DNA of 64,000 nt, from NCBI GenBank assembly GCA_030603365.1, contig JAUVXV010000015.1:1-64000 (forward strand), given 5' to 3'. How positions within the stretch are numbered: position 1 is the first letter of the stretch; every line of letters begins with the position of its first letter. The position numbers and the translations under genes were made by a program. The notes below the pieces were generated by a model, which saw only the letters and a list, made by a program, of their open reading frames with translations, was not told the DNA's origin and searched no databases. Positions 58,884 to 64,000 of this stretch are shown piece after piece. The DNA comes from Candidatus Heimdallarchaeota archaeon (GTDB taxonomy: Archaea > Asgardarchaeota > Heimdallarchaeia > Heimdallarchaeales > Heimdallarchaeaceae).

Positions 58884-59127
58884 TGTTTAGGTAAATTTTC
58901 TTCACTTATGTTAGTTTCTTGTATCTTTTTCTCTTTTCTCTTCTTAGTTTCTTGTTTTTTCACACTCATCTTATCCTAATCCCATTGGAGTTTTACAAAT
59001 ATTAGATATTTAAGTAATATAAAATTTTATTAGCTTTCAAATTCAAAAATAATATCGTAGAACCTTTATTTAAGAAGATATAAATATAGGAGAATTATTT
59101 AATAATATCTGTGAGGTTGGTGAAGAA

Positions 59128-62100
59128 ATGGACCCAGTATCAACTTATCTAATTCTCACTCTGATGGTTCCAATAATATCGGAATTTTTTGGAGATAAAC
59201 TTTTGAATAGAATATTAGAAAAACTAAAGTCTTTATTTAAGAGATCATCTAAAAACGAGGTTGATTCAGAAAAAATTGAAGAAAAGATGAGTACTTATCT
59301 TAATGATATTTTAGATGAAAACGGAGAAAATTCTCAAGAGTTCAAGAAGATACCTTCTTTCTTGATACATATGGGAGAGACAATATCCAAAGTGATCAAA
59401 CTCTCTGCAGATGAACAAGTCAAACAAATTAGTATTCAAATTTCATCTGAATTTGAAAAACTTGAAGCAAAAACTGAACTACAGTTTAAAGAATTGAAGA
59501 ATCTATTTGAAGAATTCCAATTTAATATACTAAAGTATTCTAAGGATTTAAACGAAATTAACCAAGAGTTAAAAAATCAACTTACCATATTGAGAAAAAA
59601 AATCCAAGAATTTGACACATTAATTTCAAAAGAAAATTTAATTCCTCTAAATTACTATCTAAATAGACAAGAAAGTAGAAGAATGCTAGAAAGGCACCCA
59701 AAATTAATTGGCAGGTCATATGAAATTAATAGATTACTTAATTTTCTAAATAGCAATCAAAACGTAATTTTGATATCAGGTCCAGGAGGAGTTGGAAAAA
59801 CAAGGCTTATACTAGAATTTGCAAAGGAGGTTATGAAGTTAAATTCTTGGAGTGTAAATTTCATTAACCACAATAAGGAATTCAAAGTTCAACATGAGAC
59901 AATTAACAGAGTATTGATTTTGGATGATGCAACTAGGTATGCAGATAAAATGTCTCTTATTGACTATATCATAAACAATTCAAGAATTAATAATATGAAG
60001 TTTATTCTTTTGGATCGAAGTATATTTAGTCAATCCTTGCAATTGGTATTTAAAGAAAAGAATCACAATCTGGAAATTATTAATTTATCAGAAGGTGATG
60101 TAAAAGAATTCTTGGATTGCTATTACAAGGAATTAAATGAGGAAATAAAGAGAGAAATTAGACAAAAATCAAATAACAACTTTGATTTAACAATTCTATT
60201 CGCTGATTTCGCTATTAACAATCTAGATATCTCAGATCCATTAGAAATACTTGAAACCAAATTAGTGAAATATATAAAGGATATTGCTATTAGAAGGAAA
60301 GTAGATGAAATAGATGTTATGACAACATTAAGTTTTATATCACTAATCCGTCCAATTAAAATTGATGATCTTAAATTATTAGCACTCGAATCATCATCTA
60401 TTCTTAAAAATGAAGATATTATTAGTGTTTTATATGATGGTACATCAGATCTTTTAGTTTTGAAGGATGACTATGTAGATTTTATCTTTGATTTTTATTC
60501 AGATTATTTGAATGCAAAACTTATAATCGAGAAGGAAGACATATTTTTACAAAATTTCCATTCTTTGCTTAAAAAACACCCATTAAATCTGACTTTAAAC
60601 ATTTTAGGTTTATCAAGGTTTTTTGATGTAAGAATAGGTATAAAAGTTGTAGAAATTATAGAGAATATTTGGTCTGAATTGAACAAGATTCAAAAAGTTG
60701 AGGTTGACTATTTCTTGTGTTTAGGATTGTTAACATTTTATTCAGAATATTTCGCATTTATTAATATAAACTCATGCTCATTAGATGCATGGTTTATAAA
60801 TTACCAGAATCTATATGATAAGACGAGTGATAGTGAAAATTTAAAAAGACTCCAATTTGAATTCATTTCAATCTTACAAAACTATATCTCTATACATAAA
60901 TCTGAGTATAATTTAGAGAAAATTAAAAGAGCTGTTGATTTTGTTAAAAATCTCTCAGAGGAACAAAAAACACAAGATCTCAATATAATGTATGCAAGAA
61001 GTTTGGTAAACGCTAGTGCTGTAACTAGCTTTCACAGCTTAGTAGATGAAACAAACTACTATATAGAAAAAATCAGAAAATTATACGAAACTAGCAGAGA
61101 CAATCGTATTTTAGAAATCTTTTCTATTTCACTTAGTAATAGAATATTAGATTCTAGTCAAAGAGAAAATGAAACTGAGTTAATTGAATATATGACTGAG
61201 ATTCAGAATTTATTTGAAACTGAAAACAAAGAATATGTATCAATAGGATTAAGCAACTCACTAAATATTTCCTGTGATTTTTATGGCAAAAAAAACAAAT
61301 TTGAGAAACTAGAATTCTATATGAGAAAATTAACAGATTTATCTAATGAATTCGAAACAATGCAGATTAGAAGTTCTTTAAATTCTGTTCTATTAAATTC
61401 AACAGATGATTATGGAAGAAATGGTATGTGGTCAGAATTGGAAAAATCTCTAAATCAACTAGAATTGATATTTGATACCTATCAAGAAGAAGATACACTT
61501 GTTAATTGGATAAAAGGTATAGCTAATTCAATAAAATACTATGGCAAAAATAAAATGTACAATGAAATGACATTAGGATTGAATAAACTTACACAGATTT
61601 ATAAAAAACATAGTTTTATGAATACAGCAGAGTGGATTTCCCATGCTTTATTTAATGCATCTTATCACTATAGTAAAAATATGAGTACAGAACATCTTAA
61701 AGGTATAGTAAAGACCATTTCTTCACTTGCAAATAAATTTGATAATAATGATTTAAGAGAAAAGTATGCAGGAGTACTCTTTAACATAATTAAAACATAC
61801 GGTGAACTCAAGAATTTTAAAAATATGGAAGTCTATTTAGGTGAACTTCATTTTCTTCAAAGTAAATTTCCTTTACAGCCAATAAAGCTATTCTACGTGA
61901 AAGCTTTAGTGGATTGTTTTACCTATTATGCTATGGACTCAAATAATACAAAAGCAAAAGATTGTCTGAAAGAAATTGAAGAAATAAATAAAGTTTTGAA
62001 TAATCATGAAATAAGGGAAAAGTATGGTTTTGTACTTACAAATGCTATACATTTTTATGGAATGAACAAAGAACCGAAAAATATTGAATCAATTATTGAA

Positions 62101-62796
62101 AAACTGAAAATCCTATTTGAATCAAATCCCTCAGGTTTCTTTTTAGAATTTTATTCAAGAGGTCTGTTAAATGTTATCACTCAATTTGGTCAACTAAACG
62201 ATCTGAATAAACTTGATCTGTATTTTGAAGTTTTAAACAACTTATATGATAGTACTGGAAACGACTTTTGTTTAATGGACTTATTATCAGCATATATTAA
62301 TGTGATATTTTCTCTTTCTCAAGAAAGAAATATAGAAAAGATAAAATTGTACCTAAAGAAATTTAAAAAGAAATTCAAAATAGGATACAATGAAGTAATT
62401 GATATGGCTATTGCTAATATATACTTCAATATACTTCCGGTTTTTGATGTTGATCCGGAATTTTTCTTTGTTTTTACAATTAGATTATATAATTTGCGCT
62501 TTCATTTGTTTGAATTTAGTCCTTTATCTCCACAGAATGAGAAGAATGTTTTCATGTTTGAAAAACCAGATAAAGAGCATGCAATAAAGACAATTGAAAA
62601 CAAAATTGTAAACTATGTAAGAAATAAAGTAATCACTTTAATAGAAAGAAATACAGATGAAACAAGAGAAATTCTAAACATTCTCAAGAAAGAAGTAAAG
62701 AATTATCATGATTTCACTATTCTGTTGGATAAGATTATTGAAAAAATTGATGTTAGTCTTCAATCAAAGATCTTTAAGATAATTGATGAATTATAA
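59128..62796 (+). CDS. NLR/Avs-like STAND NTPase: N-terminal helical domain, P-loop NTPase, about 12 TPR-like 43-aa repeats
   Basis: LIGR..E, Walker A GPGGVGKTRL, Walker B LILDDA; repeats such as YAGVLFNI/YVKALVDC/YGFVLTNA at 43-aa spacing. Confidence 0.82.
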   Translation: MDPVSTYLILTLMVPIISEFFGDKLLNRILEKLKSLFKRSSKNEVDSEKIEEKMSTYLNDILDENGENSQEFKKIPSFLIHMGETISKVIKLSADEQVKQISIQISSEFEKLEAKTELQFKELKNLFEEFQFNILKYSKDLNEINQELKNQLTILRKKIQEFDTLISKENLIPLNYYLNRQESRRMLERHPKLIGRSYEINRLLNFLNSNQNVILISGPGGVGKTRLILEFAKEVMKLNSWSVNFINHNKEFKVQHETINRVLILDDATRYADKMSLIDYIINNSRINNMKFILLDRSIFSQSLQLVFKEKNHNLEIINLSEGDVKEFLDCYYKELNEEIKREIRQKSNNNFDLTILFADFAINNLDISDPLEILETKLVKYIKDIAIRRKVDEIDVMTTLSFISLIRPIKIDDLKLLALESSSILKNEDIISVLYDGTSDLLVLKDDYVDFIFDFYSDYLNAKLIIEKEDIFLQNFHSLLKKHPLNLTLNILGLSRFFDVRIGIKVVEIIENIWSELNKIQKVEVDYFLCLGLLTFYSEYFAFININSCSLDAWFINYQNLYDKTSDSENLKRLQFEFISILQNYISIHKSEYNLEKIKRAVDFVKNLSEEQKTQDLNIMYARSLVNASAVTSFHSLVDETNYYIEKIRKLYETSRDNRILEIFSISLSNRILDSSQRENETELIEYMTEIQNLFETENKEYVSIGLSNSLNISCDFYGKKNKFEKLEFYMRKLTDLSNEFETMQIRSSLNSVLLNSTDDYGRNGMWSELEKSLNQLELIFDTYQEEDTLVNWIKGIANSIKYYGKNKMYNEMTLGLNKLTQIYKKHSFMNTAEWISHALFNASYHYSKNMSTEHLKGIVKTISSLANKFDNNDLREKYAGVLFNIIKTYGELKNFKNMEVYLGELHFLQSKFPLQPIKLFYVKALVDCFTYYAMDSNNTKAKDCLKEIEEINKVLNNHEIREKYGFVLTNAIHFYGMNKEPKNIESIIEKLKILFESNPSGFFLEFYSRGLLNVITQFGQLNDLNKLDLYFEVLNNLYDSTGNDFCLMDLLSAYINVIFSLSQERNIEKIKLYLKKFKKKFKIGYNEVIDMAIANIYFNILPVFDVDPEFFFVFTIRLYNLRFHLFEFSPLSPQNEKNVFMFEKPDKEHAIKTIENKIVNYVRNKVITLIERNTDETREILNILKKEVKNYHDFTILLDKIIEKIDVSLQSKIFKIIDEL

Positions 62797-62956
62797 ATTT
62801 GAATTTATTTACGAAAAATCTAATGATGTGACAATCTACTAAATAAATATTATACATTTATTTGTTAAATGAAGCACATTCAAAAAACACTTCTTAATGT
62901 AATATTTTTATAGATATAGTTAATATAATAACTATTACCTGAAGTGAGGTTGTTTA

Positions 62957-64000
62957 ATGGTTGATATATTCCAAATTATGAATAGTAGACTAAACACTTG
63001 TTTGTTAAGTATTGAAGAAAATCTAAAGTCCTTCTGGAATGATAGAGTACTTCACCAACATTATACTGATCATGGAATGAACCATAGTTTTAGAATCAAA
63101 CAGATTCTTACAAAATTGTTAGAGGAATTTCCAGATGCACTAAATGAATATGAGAAATTTATACTATTAGGAGCAGCTTTATTACACGACATAGGAATGC
63201 AATTTCCAAGTTATTCCAAAATTGAGTTAAAAGCACAATATTCACTTGAAGAATTAGAAAGAATCAGAAAGAACCATCACTTAGCTAGTTTTCAGATTAT
63301 CAAAGATTCAATATCTCCTAAAACCAATTTCTCACTTGGTTTAGAAACCTGTAAGGATTTTATAAATGAGATTGCGATTGTGTCTCGTAATCATAGAGGG
63401 ATTAAACTAAATACTATAAGCAAAAGTTCAATTGCAGGAATGCTCATTAGAAGGAGATTGTTATCAGCATTGCTACGTTTAGCAGATGAATTAGATTCCG
63501 ATTTTAGGAGGGTTAATATGGATGTACTTAACATGTATAACTTGCCTCCCTTAAGCAAGTTTCACTGGTGGTCACACCATTATGTAGAGAGTATAATGAT
63601 TGATAAAGGACACATAATCGTGTACTTTAGATTTCCAGTAAGCTTCAAACAAGATCAAAAGTGGGTTTCTATTTTTCAACAAAAAACTATAGAAAGTTTG
63701 AGAAGTACGTTTCTTGAAACTTATGACATCCTAGATGAAAACAAAATTAGACTTTATCGAGAAATAAAAATTGGAAACACTAGGTTTACATCTGAAGGAG
63801 AAGTTTTTGATATTCCTAACGACTTAAGACAATTTATTACTGAAAAGATAATTAATTCTCAAGAGAAAATCGAAAATGCTTCCAATCGTATTTCTATGGA
63901 ATTTTATTTAGATGGAATTCCATACTCAAATGAAATAAATGCAATACAATTCTTAGAAAAGATAGCAGAAAAATTGGATGGTGAAGATTATGAATCAGCT
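62957..64000 (+). CDS. HD-CE-type HD phosphohydrolase domain protein, truncated by the window end (not in ORF track)
   Basis: GAGGT RBS then ATG 62957; reads HYTDHGMNHSFRI...AALLHDIGM...IRKNHH...RNH...LLRLADELD...FHW; frame open to 64000. Confidence 0.85.
   Translation, partial: MVDIFQIMNSRLNTCLLSIEENLKSFWNDRVLHQHYTDHGMNHSFRIKQILTKLLEEFPDALNEYEKFILLGAALLHDIGMQFPSYSKIELKAQYSLEELERIRKNHHLASFQIIKDSISPKTNFSLGLETCKDFINEIAIVSRNHRGIKLNTISKSSIAGMLIRRRLLSALLRLADELDSDFRRVNMDVLNMYNLPPLSKFHWWSHHYVESIMIDKGHIIVYFRFPVSFKQDQKWVSIFQQKTIESLRSTFLETYDILDENKIRLYREIKIGNTRFTSEGEVFDIPNDLRQFITEKIINSQEKIENASNRISMEFYLDGIPYSNEINAIQFLEKIAEKLDGEDYESA

Noticed and set aside
2104-62587. Numerous short antisense or alternate-frame ORFs in the ORF track (e.g. 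2104-2448, 13853-14107, 27814-28209, 40986-41318, 58322-58651)
   Set aside because: They overlap well-supported genes, have no motifs and look like shadow ORFs.

Overview
This is a low-GC archaeal chromosomal segment, most likely from an Asgard archaeon of Heimdallarchaeia type. The call rests on an Arf-family GTPase, a TPR protein with a longin-like C-terminus, GGTGA/GAGGT ribosome-binding sites, TATA-like promoters, oligo-T terminators and many surface proteins with a C-terminal motif+TM+basic tail. From left to right: (1) a GC-rich structured non-coding element at 1-~180 (minus strand, cut by the window edge) whose ordered motifs resemble the core of bacterial OLE RNA; (2) a tungsten aldehyde:ferredoxin oxidoreductase locus (radical-SAM maturase, AOR, MoaD/ThiS); (3) a patchwork of hydrolases, GNATs, an ABC exporter and regulators, including two paralogous CWH43/PGAP2IP-like membrane EEP proteins; (4) eight secreted, C-terminally anchored proteins (LVIVD, NosD beta-helix, LamG, S8 protease, Ntn hydrolase); (5) an allantoinase / PLP decarboxylase / hydantoin racemase / DABA aminotransferase cluster; (6) an AprA-like flavoprotein with a ferredoxin; (7) from ~53.9 kb an AT-rich putative defence island (PHP-ATPase of Ppl type, PD-(D/E)xK nuclease, DUF4062, an NLR-like STAND-repeat protein, a truncated HD-CE protein) bordered and interrupted by decayed host genes. 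Several chimeric or internally deleted genes have short microhomologies at their junctions. No tRNA, rRNA, CRISPR array or transposase was recognised. All family assignments come from reading motifs by eye; no database search was run.
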